From positions 114,667-178,666 of the forward strand of contig JBBRNV010000001.1 of the NCBI GenBank assembly GCA_038230075.1: a stretch of DNA of 64,000 bases, read 5' to 3'. The DNA comes from Minisyncoccia bacterium (GTDB lineage Bacteria > Patescibacteriota > Minisyncoccia > Phycocordibacterales > CALRBL01). This document shows positions 28,576 to 38,039 of this stretch, piece after piece (position 1 is the stretch's first letter; every line of letters begins with the position of its first letter). The notes beneath the pieces are model-generated. The model worked only from the letters and a program-made list of their open reading frames with translations, was not told where the DNA came from and did not search any database. The position numbers and the translations under genes are program-made.

Positions 28576-30285
28576 CTACCGATCAGGTGGAATTTGATAA
28601 TAGTTAATCAAAAACTTGGTGAGATCAACGAATGCAGGACCGAGTGATTCTGATGAGTACTGCGCTCCCTTAGGATCAGTAACGTACAGGAGCACTAAAA
28701 ACTTTGAATCGAATGCGGGAAGGTATCCGAAGAAGGTGTGGAGATACTTATCTTCGTAATACCCTTTTCCATTAGGAAGTGCAATTTGAGCTGTTCCTGT
28801 TTTTTCTGCAATAGTGTATCGATCATTTTTTGACTTTCCATTTTGAAAATATTGATCGAAGTCAGTCACAAGCATTCGTGTAATATCTTCTGAGGTTTGC
28901 TGTTTAATAACCTGTTCACCAATTGGATACTGAATGTCTTTGGTATATCCAAGCGAATATCTGATTGATTTAGCAATGTGAGGTGTCACTAAGTATCCAC
29001 CATTTGCAAGTGCTGCGACGGCTCGTGCAGCAGCAACAGGAGTGAAAGCAATTCCCTGTCCGAATGATGCAGTAGCATATTCAATTTCTCGCGGACTATT
29101 TAAGTTATCAATCAACCCCCTCGCTTCATTCGGCAAATCGATGCCGGTTTTTTCACCCAAACCAAACGCTTTAAAATATTTCGCAAGATTTTCTTTTCCA
29201 ATTGCGCGTTCAATATATACGAAACCAGTGTTTAAAGACTGTCCAAGCGCTTGTTGCAATGTAATGGTTCCTCTTCCTTTTTTGTCGAAGTTATAGATAG
29301 TACTTTTTTCAACATTCACATACCCTTTGTCATCATAGGTACTATTTGCAGTTAGCTTTCCTGAATCAATGCCAGCTGCCATAGTGAGAGGTTTAATAAT
29401 CGAACCCATCTCTTTCACCGTCTCAACAACATCATTACTATAAATTGCTGGATTAGTCTGAAGATTTGATTCATTTAAATTAAATGAAGGACGAAGTGAC
29501 ATGGCATATATCTCTCCATTTTTTGGATTCATAATAATTCCTCCGGCATTTTCTGCATTATACTTTTCTTTAACAGCTTGAAGTGTTTCATCGAGATTTG
29601 CCTGAACACTTGGTTCAATGGTGGTCACAATGTCTCCTTCGAGCGAATCGTCACTTGAGATACTTTTTTTAATATTTGAAAACATTTCTGCGAAGTAGTT
29701 TGTAAAACTATTATCGTTCGTTCTTCGAAGTGTTGTTTCGTATGTTCGCTCTACGCCATATCTTCCTTCCAAATTATCTTTATTATATGCAACAAAGCCA
29801 ACTGTTTGTGATGCTAATGCATCACCAGGATAATATCTCCACTTTTCCTTGTAGATAATGACACCAGGAATTTTTGCGTTCACTACTGGTGTAATTTCAC
29901 TTTCATCTATTCGCTTAGTAATTTCTTCATATGAATCACCTTTCTTACTTGCCTTTGCCACAAATTGAACACAATCAAGTTCGAGTACGCTTTTTTTAAT
30001 TGTTGCACATACTTTTTCAGGATCAACTATTTTTGTTGGAGTAATGGCAATTGAATATCCTGTTTTTAATGTTGCAGCAGAAACTTCGTTTCCATCTTTG
30101 TCGGTAAAATAAATAGAGCCACGATCAAACACGGCTTGGCTTGTGTGAACATATTGTCTGTCCCCTTTCTCTTTCAACTCTGATCCGTGAACAATCTGAA
30201 GAATATATAATTTAGAAATAAGAATAAGAGCAACGAAGGCAATGACTCCAGAAATCAACCTAATACGGAAACGAACATCTTTCAT
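28576..30285 (-). CDS. ftsI: class B penicillin-binding protein (FtsI-like)
   Basis: TM anchor, RG.I..KDG, RYYP, GSIIK (SxxK), SLN, KTGTAQ; last gene of the mraZ-rsmH-ftsL run. Confidence 0.88.
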   Translation of the reverse strand: MKDVRFRIRLISGVIAFVALILISKLYILQIVHGSELKEKGDRQYVHTSQAVFDRGSIYFTDKDGNEVSAATLKTGYSIAITPTKIVDPEKVCATIKKSVLELDCVQFVAKASKKGDSYEEITKRIDESEITPVVNAKIPGVIIYKEKWRYYPGDALASQTVGFVAYNKDNLEGRYGVERTYETTLRRTNDNSFTNYFAEMFSNIKKSISSDDSLEGDIVTTIEPSVQANLDETLQAVKEKYNAENAGGIIMNPKNGEIYAMSLRPSFNLNESNLQTNPAIYSNDVVETVKEMGSIIKPLTMAAGIDSGKLTANSTYDDKGYVNVEKSTIYNFDKKGRGTITLQQALGQSLNTGFVYIERAIGKENLAKYFKAFGLGEKTGIDLPNEARGLIDNLNSPREIEYATASFGQGIAFTPVAAARAVAALANGGYLVTPHIAKSIRYSLGYTKDIQYPIGEQVIKQQTSEDITRMLVTDFDQYFQNGKSKNDRYTIAEKTGTAQIALPNGKGYYEDKYLHTFFGYLPAFDSKFLVLLYVTDPKGAQYSSESLGPAFVDLTKFLINYYQIPPDR

Positions 30286-30289
30286 GCCT

Positions 30290-30625
30290 TTATTCTACCC
30301 GAGAAGCGACGAGAGAACTATCTGCGCGACCAAGTGTTGTTCGGTTAACGAACGAAGTATTTTGTGCAGTCAACTCTTTAAATCCCATCTTACGTGCATC
30401 AGCAATATTAACTGCTTGTTTTTTACTCATGTATTCTGATTCTAATTTTCCAATATCACTATGTAAATCAGCGAGCTTATTTTCAAGTGTTTGTCGTGAA
30501 GCGACATTCCAAACAGTTTGATTAACGAAGTACACATATACCGAAACCAACATGGCAAGAACGCCTAAAAGGCTAAAAAAGATCATGCCGCTATATTTTG
30601 TGTTTTTATATAAAATTTTCTTCAT
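30290..30625 (-). CDS. FtsL-like bitopic cell-division protein
   Basis: TM + coiled coil + A.KMGF; syntenic between rsmH and the PBP. Confidence 0.65.
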   Translation of the reverse strand: MKKILYKNTKYSGMIFFSLLGVLAMLVSVYVYFVNQTVWNVASRQTLENKLADLHSDIGKLESEYMSKKQAVNIADARKMGFKELTAQNTSFVNRTTLGRADSSLVASRVE

Positions 30626-30634
30626 TGTATTCGT

Positions 30635-31546
30635 TTATCGCTTACTGATTACTCGCAATTTCGCGCTCCGTGACCGGGGGTTTCTTTGCACCTCTTCATC
30701 TGTTGGAATGAGAGGCTTTTTTGTGACGATATCCGCTTTTCCTTCATCACTCCATTTTTTAAATGTTTGCTTAACAATTCTGTCTTCTAAACTATGAAAT
30801 GATATGACAGCGATTCTTCCTTCAGGCCGTAATGCAACGAAGGCTTTTTCTAAACCTTGTGACACCGCCTGTAGCTCATCATTAACCGCAATGCGAAGTG
30901 CTTGGAACGTTTTAGTTGCAGGATGAATCTTTCGCATCCACGAAGGCATTTTGCCAACAGTGTTTTCAATGATGCGAACCAAGTCTCCTGTTGTTTCAAG
31001 TGGTTGAGCATATCGCGCCTCAACTATTGCTTTTGCAATCTTTCGAGCCTTTGTTTCTTCACCATATCCGTAAATAACATTTGCAATACTTTCTTCGCTC
31101 CATGTATTTAAAATATCTTTTGCAGTAAAACCTGTACCTTTCTTTTCACCGAAGGTCATAAGAAGCGGTTCGTCTTTTTGAAAACTAAACCCTCTTCCTG
31201 ATGCTTCAAGTTGAAATGATGAGAAACCAAGATCAAGAATCATTCCTCCGATGTGTTCAATTCCTAATTCAGCAAGAACAACATCAAGATTTCTATATGA
31301 ATCATGAACAAGGGTGAAGTGACCAACAACTTTTGATAGTCTATCGGTTGTTTTATTAATGGCATGTTCGTCCCAATCTAATCCGATGATTCGAATTGAT
31401 GTGCCGAACTTTTTTGCGAGCGCTTCAGTGTGACCTCCACCTCCAAGCGTACCATCAATAACAACATCTCCTGGTTTCAAGATGAGTGAATCGACTGTCT
31501 CTTGTAAAAGAACTGAAACGTGTGATGCATTCTCGTATGGATTCAT
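30635..31546 (-). CDS. rsmH: 16S rRNA m4C1402 methyltransferase
   Basis: H.SVLL.E, DGTLGGGGH, RGFSF, FQALRIAVNDEL, SFHSLEDR, NPRSRSAKLR. Confidence 0.97.
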   Translation of the reverse strand: MNPYENASHVSVLLQETVDSLILKPGDVVIDGTLGGGGHTEALAKKFGTSIRIIGLDWDEHAINKTTDRLSKVVGHFTLVHDSYRNLDVVLAELGIEHIGGMILDLGFSSFQLEASGRGFSFQKDEPLLMTFGEKKGTGFTAKDILNTWSEESIANVIYGYGEETKARKIAKAIVEARYAQPLETTGDLVRIIENTVGKMPSWMRKIHPATKTFQALRIAVNDELQAVSQGLEKAFVALRPEGRIAVISFHSLEDRIVKQTFKKWSDEGKADIVTKKPLIPTDEEVQRNPRSRSAKLRVISKR

Positions 31547-31550
31547 ATAA

Positions 31551-31985
31551 TTAGAGCGCGCCGATTTCTCCTAACTTTTCGGCTAATTCATCGGCGTGTT
31601 CCATAACAGACTTTTTGTATGTAGCCCAACGTTCTTCATTCCATAATTCCACTCGATTGTGAACACCAGCAAATACAACTTTCTGACCAAGTGAAGCAAA
31701 TTCTTTTAAAAAATCAGGAATCAAGATACGACCTGCGCTATCTACATCAATTTCAGCGGCACCTGCGAGCATGAATCTATTGAATCCTCGGGTGTTTGCC
31801 TGACCAATTGAGAGATTGCCTAACTTCTCAGATATTTTTTGCCATTCTTTTAGTGGGTACAAGAATAAACAATTATCCAAGCCGTGAGTGATCACCACTT
31901 TCTTCCCTACCTCTTTTCGAAACTTAATCGGCAAAGAGATACGTTTCTTTTCATCTTGGCTGTGTGTGTATTCACCTATTAACAT
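31551..31985 (-). CDS. mraZ: division/cell wall cluster repressor MraZ
   Basis: GEY.H..D.K.R..LP.KFR, D.AGRILIP. Confidence 0.96.
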   Translation of the reverse strand: MLIGEYTHSQDEKKRISLPIKFRKEVGKKVVITHGLDNCLFLYPLKEWQKISEKLGNLSIGQANTRGFNRFMLAGAAEIDVDSAGRILIPDFLKEFASLGQKVVFAGVHNRVELWNEERWATYKKSVMEHADELAEKLGEIGAL

Positions 31986-32070
31986 ATTTCATTCTGACCG
32001 GGCTAACGATATCGCTAACGTGAGCCATTTTTAATTATTCCAACACCAACTTTCTTACGTTTTTCTATTT

Positions 32071-32100
32071 ACCACTCTTTCCCACTTGAAGACACTATAT
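32071..32100 (-). promoter_or_regulatory. putative MraZ operator (three phased decamer repeats)
   Basis: minus strand AGTGTCTTCA-AGTGGGAAAG-AGTGGTAAAT, 10-bp period, upstream of mraZ. Confidence 0.7.
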
Positions 32101-32127
32101 AACAGTACTTACTACCCAACAACATAC

Positions 32128-32136
32128 TTATCCACA
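32128..32136 (+). promoter_or_regulatory. DnaA box
   Basis: perfect TTATCCACA; a degenerate TTGTGCACA at 32149. Confidence 0.55.
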
Positions 32137-32201
32137 AAAATTCACCAATTGTGCACAAGGACACGATTTGAGGAAAGTGAAAGTGAACGATCGTACATAG
32201 A

Positions 32202-32303
32202 AAAAAACAGCAGATATGTAGTTTGAGGTGAATTCGCAGGCTTTTGTTCCGCAAAGAACAAAGACCGAGGACTTAATGACAAACTACATATCTGCTGTTT
32301 TTT
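32202..32303. repeat. intergenic palindromic element, copy C
   Basis: 24-bp perfect arms around core AGGTGAATTCGCAGGCTTTTGTTC-CGCAAA-GAACAAAGACCGAGGACTTAATGA. Confidence 0.85.
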
Positions 32304-32314
32304 GTGATCTCAGA

Positions 32315-33781
32315 CTATCGTGGGCGCATTGTTGGGAAGAAAATCACTTCCTTAATATTCTTTGTATTTGTAAGAAGCATGACCAGTCTATCGATTCCGA
32401 TACCAACTCCTCCCGCAGGTGGCATACCGTGTTCCATTGCTTCAATAAAATCTTCATCTAAACTTTGTGCGTCTTTCTCGCCCTCAGCCTTACTCTTCTC
32501 CTGTTCCTCAAATCGAGATCGTTGATCAATAGGATCATTCAACTCTGAAAAAGCCTTAACGAGTTCAACTCCTGCAATTACAAGTTGAAATGCTTCAACG
32601 AATTGTGGTGCTGATTTTTTTCGTTTCGCCAAAGGAAGATATTCTGCGGGATAATCGATAATGAAGGTTGGTTGAATCAGTGCCGGTCGTGCTGATTTTT
32701 TATACAAATTATCAAGCATTTTTGCACGTGAGTCTCCTTTATCTACCGTTATTCCATATTCATGGCACTTTTCAGTAAGATCAGCGAGTGAGATAGTTTC
32801 TGGATCAGATATTCCTGCAAATTTATTGAGAAGACTGAAATATGAAACAACACTAAATTCTTTTGAGAAATCAACACTGTTTTCTCCAAGTTCGAGAACT
32901 TCAGTCTTTAGAACATCTTTAACGATTCTTCGAATCATTTGCTCAGTAAATTTCATTTGTTTATCGGCATCGCTATATGCCTCGTAGAATTCGAGCATGG
33001 TAAATTCTGGATTATGTGTCATATCAATTCCTTCATTTCTAAAATCTCGAGCGATTTCATATACTTTTGGAAAACCAGCTACGAGCATTCTCTTGAGATA
33101 TAACTCATCAGAAATTCGAAGATATAAACGCATATCGAGTGCGTTGTGATGTGTTACAAAAGGTTCAGCTGAAGCTCCTCCATATAAAGGTTGTAGAGCA
33201 GGAGTTTCAACTTCTAAATACCCTGCTCCGTCGAGAATAGTTCTAATTAGTGTAACTATTTTTGATCGAACAATGAAGCGTTCTCGAACTTCATCTGCCA
33301 TGAGTGCATCAAGATATCGTTTTCGGAATCGTTCTTCAACATCTTGTAGGCCGTGCCATTTTTCAGGAAGTGGAAGTAAGCTCTTTGAGAGCATGTTCCA
33401 TGTTTGAACTTGAACAGTCTGCTGACCTCGTTTTGTAGTAAACAATGTTCCAGTTACTTCGACAAAATCTCCAATGTCGACAGTGTCATTAAACAAGTCG
33501 AACATTCCTTCAACTGATTCATCTTTTTTAAGGAGTGATTGAAAGCGAGCAGTTCCATCGAAAAGATCAAAGAAGATTAATCCTCCTTGTGCACGAAATG
33601 ACATAACTCGCCCCCCAACAGTTACTGATGTTTGAGCTGCTGACCATGTATCGAAATTCTTCTGAGTGTCGAGAAGTGAATGTTCAATGTGAGATGTTGC
33701 AGGATATGCATCAACTCCTTTTTCTTTTAAAAGGCTCAGTTTTGCAAGCCGTGATTGTCGTTGTTCTTCAAGAGATGCCAT
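32315..33781 (-). CDS. lysS: lysine--tRNA ligase (class II)
   Basis: PLPEKWHGL.D.E.RFRKRYLD, FRNEGID.THNPEFT, ELNDP, GMPP.GG.GIGIDRL. Confidence 0.97.
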   Translation of the reverse strand: MASLEEQRQSRLAKLSLLKEKGVDAYPATSHIEHSLLDTQKNFDTWSAAQTSVTVGGRVMSFRAQGGLIFFDLFDGTARFQSLLKKDESVEGMFDLFNDTVDIGDFVEVTGTLFTTKRGQQTVQVQTWNMLSKSLLPLPEKWHGLQDVEERFRKRYLDALMADEVRERFIVRSKIVTLIRTILDGAGYLEVETPALQPLYGGASAEPFVTHHNALDMRLYLRISDELYLKRMLVAGFPKVYEIARDFRNEGIDMTHNPEFTMLEFYEAYSDADKQMKFTEQMIRRIVKDVLKTEVLELGENSVDFSKEFSVVSYFSLLNKFAGISDPETISLADLTEKCHEYGITVDKGDSRAKMLDNLYKKSARPALIQPTFIIDYPAEYLPLAKRKKSAPQFVEAFQLVIAGVELVKAFSELNDPIDQRSRFEEQEKSKAEGEKDAQSLDEDFIEAMEHGMPPAGGVGIGIDRLVMLLTNTKNIKEVIFFPTMRPR

Positions 33782-33816
33782 ATATGATTTCTATAAATTA
33801 ATGTCTCTATTATAAC

Positions 33817-33847
33817 AGAAAACAACGATTGTGAATCGTTGTTTTCT
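33817..33847. terminator. intrinsic terminator after greA
   Basis: AGAAAACAACGATT-GTG-AATCGTTGTTTTCT. Confidence 0.7.
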
Positions 33848-33876
33848 AAAGCATTCGTCAGTCTTTTAGTGTCTTT

Positions 33877-34344
33877 TTATGCAATATCAACAACGGAGTA
33901 TGAGACTTCTCCTTTTGGAGCTTTGAAACTAAACTTATCACCCTTCTTCTTTCCCATCATTGATTCTCCGAGTGGAGATTTAAATGAAAGTTTTTCTGTG
34001 GCCATGTCTGCTTCTTCAGCACCTACAATTTTAAAAGTTTGCTTTGTTTTTTCTCCCACCTTCTGAACAGTTACTGTTGAACCGATATCAACTAGTGTGC
34101 TGTGGTGATGAGTAATAATTTCTGCCTGTTTAAGAATTGATTCAATTTTTGCGATTCGATCTTCAACCTCAGCTTGTTCTTCTCGAGCTTCATGGTATTC
34201 AGCATTTTCTGAAAGATCACCCAAAGATTTAGCAAACTCAAGTTTGTCTGCAACTTCTTTACGACGACTCGAAATAAGAGCGTCATGCTCTTTTACTAGT
34301 TGGTCATATTTTTCTTTTGTTAAATATTCCCTGTCGTTGTTCAT
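33877..34344 (-). CDS. greA: transcription elongation factor GreA
   Basis: GDLSENAEYHEAREEQ, S.KSPLG. Confidence 0.96.
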   Translation of the reverse strand: MNNDREYLTKEKYDQLVKEHDALISSRRKEVADKLEFAKSLGDLSENAEYHEAREEQAEVEDRIAKIESILKQAEIITHHHSTLVDIGSTVTVQKVGEKTKQTFKIVGAEEADMATEKLSFKSPLGESMMGKKKGDKFSFKAPKGEVSYSVVDIA

Positions 34345-34475
34345 TTCTGTGAGATTAGTTAATAAAAATACCTAGCATTCCAGCTGGGCTGTTAAAAGCA
34401 AGATATATAATATACGGGCTGATTCTACTTCTTTTACTATCAAAGTCAATTTCGGAATATATGAAAAAGTGTGGT

Positions 34476-35771
34476 CTAATGCGGAGGACTATCAACATAC
34501 TGCACATTCTTTTTGATGTAATCGAGAAGTGCCGCAATATCATGATCTCTGTCATCACTTTTTAAAATAACGAGAGCAAATGTTTTTGTGATCAATTTTG
34601 GAGCAACAGCAACTTTTTTTGGAAGAGTCGAAGATGAAGATGTTGCTATTGTTGAAGATGCTTCGAGTAGAATTTCAGGAATTTGAACATCAAACAATGA
34701 TACAGTTGTTTTTTTTGCTTCATCAATAAAACCATTCTTCCCTCCTTTGAAGTTGGAGTACGTAAGTGAGTGATTTTGGTTTTTCCATGCATGTTTAAAA
34801 ATAGTGTATTCTCGAACTCGTGTTATGTCCCAAATCTCAGGGTGATTCTTTTTTACATATTGTCCTAATCTAAATAGATCAGTTACAGTGCTTACATTAT
34901 TTGGAGAAAGCCCACTTGGGTCTTCATAGAAAGTACTTGCCATACCAATTTCTGCTGCTTTTAGATTCATGAGATTCATAAAATCTTGATGACCATAATC
35001 ATATGCCAACACCTCTGCTCCTTTATTACTTGATTCAATTAATAATGGATACATTAAATCTCCTGTTAGTATTTGTTCACCTGGATTTAGTTCTCCTTCA
35101 TTTCCAAATGTTGCATACGCTTCTTTGGTGACCACTGCTTCATGTTGAAGATCAATGTTTTCTTTGGTCACTACCGCGGTCATTAATTTACTGACCGATG
35201 CCATCGGAGAAACGAGAGTTTCATTTTTTGAGATAACCACTTCTCCTGTATTTATATCTCCAATTAAATATGCAGGACTAAACATTTGGAGAGATTTTTT
35301 TGTATCTATCAATTCGTAATGAGTATTGTCTTTGGTTACGGGATAATCGGTTGTAACAACATCGTCGTCTGATCCTAATCCATTTGTTACTCCTGAATTT
35401 CGAGGAAGTAGCGTAAAGCTAGTTGATGTTGCTTGAATTGCCAAATTGGTTTCAGGATTATTTCTATGAATATATCCACCAACAATTGCAACAGTTTTTT
35501 GAAGACCTTCAGTTGCTGCCCCCCCAATAATAACAGCGAATAATACCCAAATAAGAACTCCTAATCGTTTAGTTTCGCTTTGAACAGGAATGACCACCTT
35601 CTTCACATATTTTTCAATTCGTTTTTGTTCTATCTTTTCCTTAATCAATTCTTGATCTTTTGTGTGCGGACCAAGACTTCCATAGAATGTCCGTTGTTTG
35701 TTTACATCAAGAATACTTAAATCTTCTTCAAGATTTGGCATGTCGTGATCGTGTATTGTTTCGTCATTCAT
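34476..35771 (-). CDS. second S11-family serine peptidase with long N-terminal region
   Basis: ASVSK, SSN, DPSGL, KNG in place of KTG. Confidence 0.82.
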   Translation of the reverse strand: MNDETIHDHDMPNLEEDLSILDVNKQRTFYGSLGPHTKDQELIKEKIEQKRIEKYVKKVVIPVQSETKRLGVLIWVLFAVIIGGAATEGLQKTVAIVGGYIHRNNPETNLAIQATSTSFTLLPRNSGVTNGLGSDDDVVTTDYPVTKDNTHYELIDTKKSLQMFSPAYLIGDINTGEVVISKNETLVSPMASVSKLMTAVVTKENIDLQHEAVVTKEAYATFGNEGELNPGEQILTGDLMYPLLIESSNKGAEVLAYDYGHQDFMNLMNLKAAEIGMASTFYEDPSGLSPNNVSTVTDLFRLGQYVKKNHPEIWDITRVREYTIFKHAWKNQNHSLTYSNFKGGKNGFIDEAKKTTVSLFDVQIPEILLEASSTIATSSSSTLPKKVAVAPKLITKTFALVILKSDDRDHDIAALLDYIKKNVQYVDSPPH

Positions 35772-35774
35772 ATA

Positions 35775-36668
35775 TTAATGTGTTGTCGAAGCAGTTGAAG
35801 TTGATGTGATGCTCGTTGTGGTTCCTCGTGGGAGATAAAAAATCTTATTACCATATCTCGCATCAATATAGTATGCACTTCGAACTTCTGATTGAGATAA
35901 GATCATTTTAATATTTTCAAGCGTTTTATCATAGGGGCGTTGATCTGAAAATTTGAGACTTTCATTATTATCAAAAAAGAGTTCATATTCACCAATTGAA
36001 GGAGACACTAATCGAACGGGTTTAATTCCATAATTTCTTGTGTAATCACCGACGTCTTTAATAAATGTCGTTAAATCATGATACGCCTGTGGTAAAACAT
36101 AGTGCTGTCTTATTGCATCTCCATCTTTTAAAGATCCTTCGAAAATTAGAAATGTTGAGCTGATACCACTATCACTTTCAGAAGTGAGGCTCGAGGTTCC
36201 AAAAACATATCCATCTTTATCCATAACAAAACACGACTCAGGACTCTCTAGAACACCCTCACACCACAATGCCGTCGCTCTTCGTTCATTAACAAAAGCT
36301 CGAATTGAAGGATGTTCAGAAAAACTCCACACCGAATTAATGGCGACTGATTCTATTTCAGGAAATTGATTAAGTAACTCTCCTTGAACTCGAGCATGAG
36401 ATGAAAAAACAATATTATTGGTTGATATAAAATGTAGAATTTTATATTTTAATGTTGTATTGATCGATGAAACAACTTCATCTTTCGAAACAAGATTGGT
36501 TCCTTCTACTTGTATATCACCGTAGGCAAGTCGCTCGGTAATAAAATAATATATTCCAAAAAGCACAGATAGAAGAAATATCAAAAGAAGAGTGATTCGA
36601 ATAATTCGGCTTCTTCTTCGCTGTCTTTGACGATCGCGAATTGTTAATGGCTTTTTCAGTCCCCTCAT
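35775..36668 (-). CDS. FtsQ/DivIB-like cell-division protein
   Basis: basic cytoplasmic tail, one TM, POTRA-like I.V.G..LV, ER...A.W, terminal YIDARY. Confidence 0.7.
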   Translation of the reverse strand: MRGLKKPLTIRDRQRQRRRSRIIRITLLLIFLLSVLFGIYYFITERLAYGDIQVEGTNLVSKDEVVSSINTTLKYKILHFISTNNIVFSSHARVQGELLNQFPEIESVAINSVWSFSEHPSIRAFVNERRATALWCEGVLESPESCFVMDKDGYVFGTSSLTSESDSGISSTFLIFEGSLKDGDAIRQHYVLPQAYHDLTTFIKDVGDYTRNYGIKPVRLVSPSIGEYELFFDNNESLKFSDQRPYDKTLENIKMILSQSEVRSAYYIDARYGNKIFYLPRGTTTSITSTSTASTTH

Positions 36669-37930
36669 TTAATGTGTGTTCTGCCACCCATATATGGTCG
36701 AAGAACTTCTGGAATAAGAATTGATCCGTCTGCTTGCTGGTAGTTTTCAACAATCGATACCAACACTCGTGGGGTGGCAATTGCAGTGTTGTTCAGTGAA
36801 TGCACAAATTTCATCTTTCCATCATCATCTCGATATCGAATATTTAATCGTCGTGTCTGAAAATCATGAAAATATGAAGCTGAATGAGTTTCTCTATATG
36901 TTCCTTCAGATGGAACCCACGCCTCGATATCGTATTTCTTTACTTGTCCGAGCCCAAGATCTCCTCCACAAATTAAAAGAAGTCTATGCGGTAAATTAAG
37001 TGCCTGCATTAATTCTTCTGCATTTGCTGTTACTTCTTCATGAAATGTAACAGATGTTTGATGGTTGGCTTCGCATAAAATAACTTGTTCAAGTTTAAAA
37101 AATTCATGCACTCGAATAAGACCTTTCGTATCTTTTCCATGACTTCCCGCTTCTCTTCGAAAACAAGGTGAGAAAGAAATAAACTTTAAAGGAAGGTCTT
37201 CTTTTTTAATAACTTCATCTGAATAATATGACATTGTTGCAACCTCTCCGGTTCCTGCTAAATAATCACCGTCTTGAGTTTTATACAAATCTTCTTCACC
37301 TTGAGGAATATAACCACTTCCAACCAATGTCTCTCGCCGAACAAGTGATGGGACAATCATCGGCTGAAAGTTTTTCTTAACCAATGAATCAAGAACAAAC
37401 TGCCACACTGCAAAGTTAAGAAGTGCTCCGTCGTTTTTAAGAAAATAGCCTCGAAAACCTGAAACTTTTGTTCCTCGTTCAAGATCGATCATGTTGAGTT
37501 TGGTCATCAAATCAACATGACTCTTTGGAACGAAATCAAATTTTGTTGGTTTTCCCCACACTTTGTATTCTTGATTTTCTTTTTCAGTGGCTCCTTCAGG
37601 AACTGACATGTCGGGAACATTAGGAACCGCAACCATCAATTTTTGCCACTCTTTCATAATTTCTCGAAGTTCATCTTCTTCTTTCTGAAGATGTTCTTTA
37701 ACAATTCGCATCGAGTCAATCAGTTCTTGTCGCTTCTCACCTTGAGGTGTATTAACGATCATGTCACCGACTGCATTTTGTTCTGCTTTTTTTGCTTCAA
37801 CCTGTGTCAGTTTTTCTCGCCGTTTATCGTCGAGTGCAATTAAGGCGTCAACATCAAATTCAATATGCTTTTTTCGAGCACCTTCTTTCACCACCTCTTT
37901 ATTTTCGCGAATAAATTTTATATCGAGCAT
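36665..37930 (-). CDS. serS: serine--tRNA ligase
   Basis: MLDIKFIREN, CFRREAGS.GKDT.GLIRVHEF.K.E, YDIEAW. Confidence 0.97.
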   Translation of the reverse strand: MLDIKFIRENKEVVKEGARKKHIEFDVDALIALDDKRREKLTQVEAKKAEQNAVGDMIVNTPQGEKRQELIDSMRIVKEHLQKEEDELREIMKEWQKLMVAVPNVPDMSVPEGATEKENQEYKVWGKPTKFDFVPKSHVDLMTKLNMIDLERGTKVSGFRGYFLKNDGALLNFAVWQFVLDSLVKKNFQPMIVPSLVRRETLVGSGYIPQGEEDLYKTQDGDYLAGTGEVATMSYYSDEVIKKEDLPLKFISFSPCFRREAGSHGKDTKGLIRVHEFFKLEQVILCEANHQTSVTFHEEVTANAEELMQALNLPHRLLLICGGDLGLGQVKKYDIEAWVPSEGTYRETHSASYFHDFQTRRLNIRYRDDDGKMKFVHSLNNTAIATPRVLVSIVENYQQADGSILIPEVLRPYMGGRTHIK

Positions 37931-38039
37931 ATAGTTTCTTCAGTTTTATTTTAGTTTCACTTTCTATACTAACGTAACTTCAATATATCCATACTATCAG
38001 GAAAAAGAAGGCCTAACAATATGCCAATAATTTAGATTT

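Noticed and set aside
31990-32200. Replication origin
   Set aside because: Only one perfect DnaA box and no dnaA/dnaN nearby; better explained as the mraZ promoter region
16708-32303. Palindromes as integron attC sites, CRISPR repeats or MITEs
   Set aside because: No consistent RYYYAAC/GTTRRRY ends, no regular repeat-spacer array, arms not conserved, and no integrase, cas or transposase gene in the window
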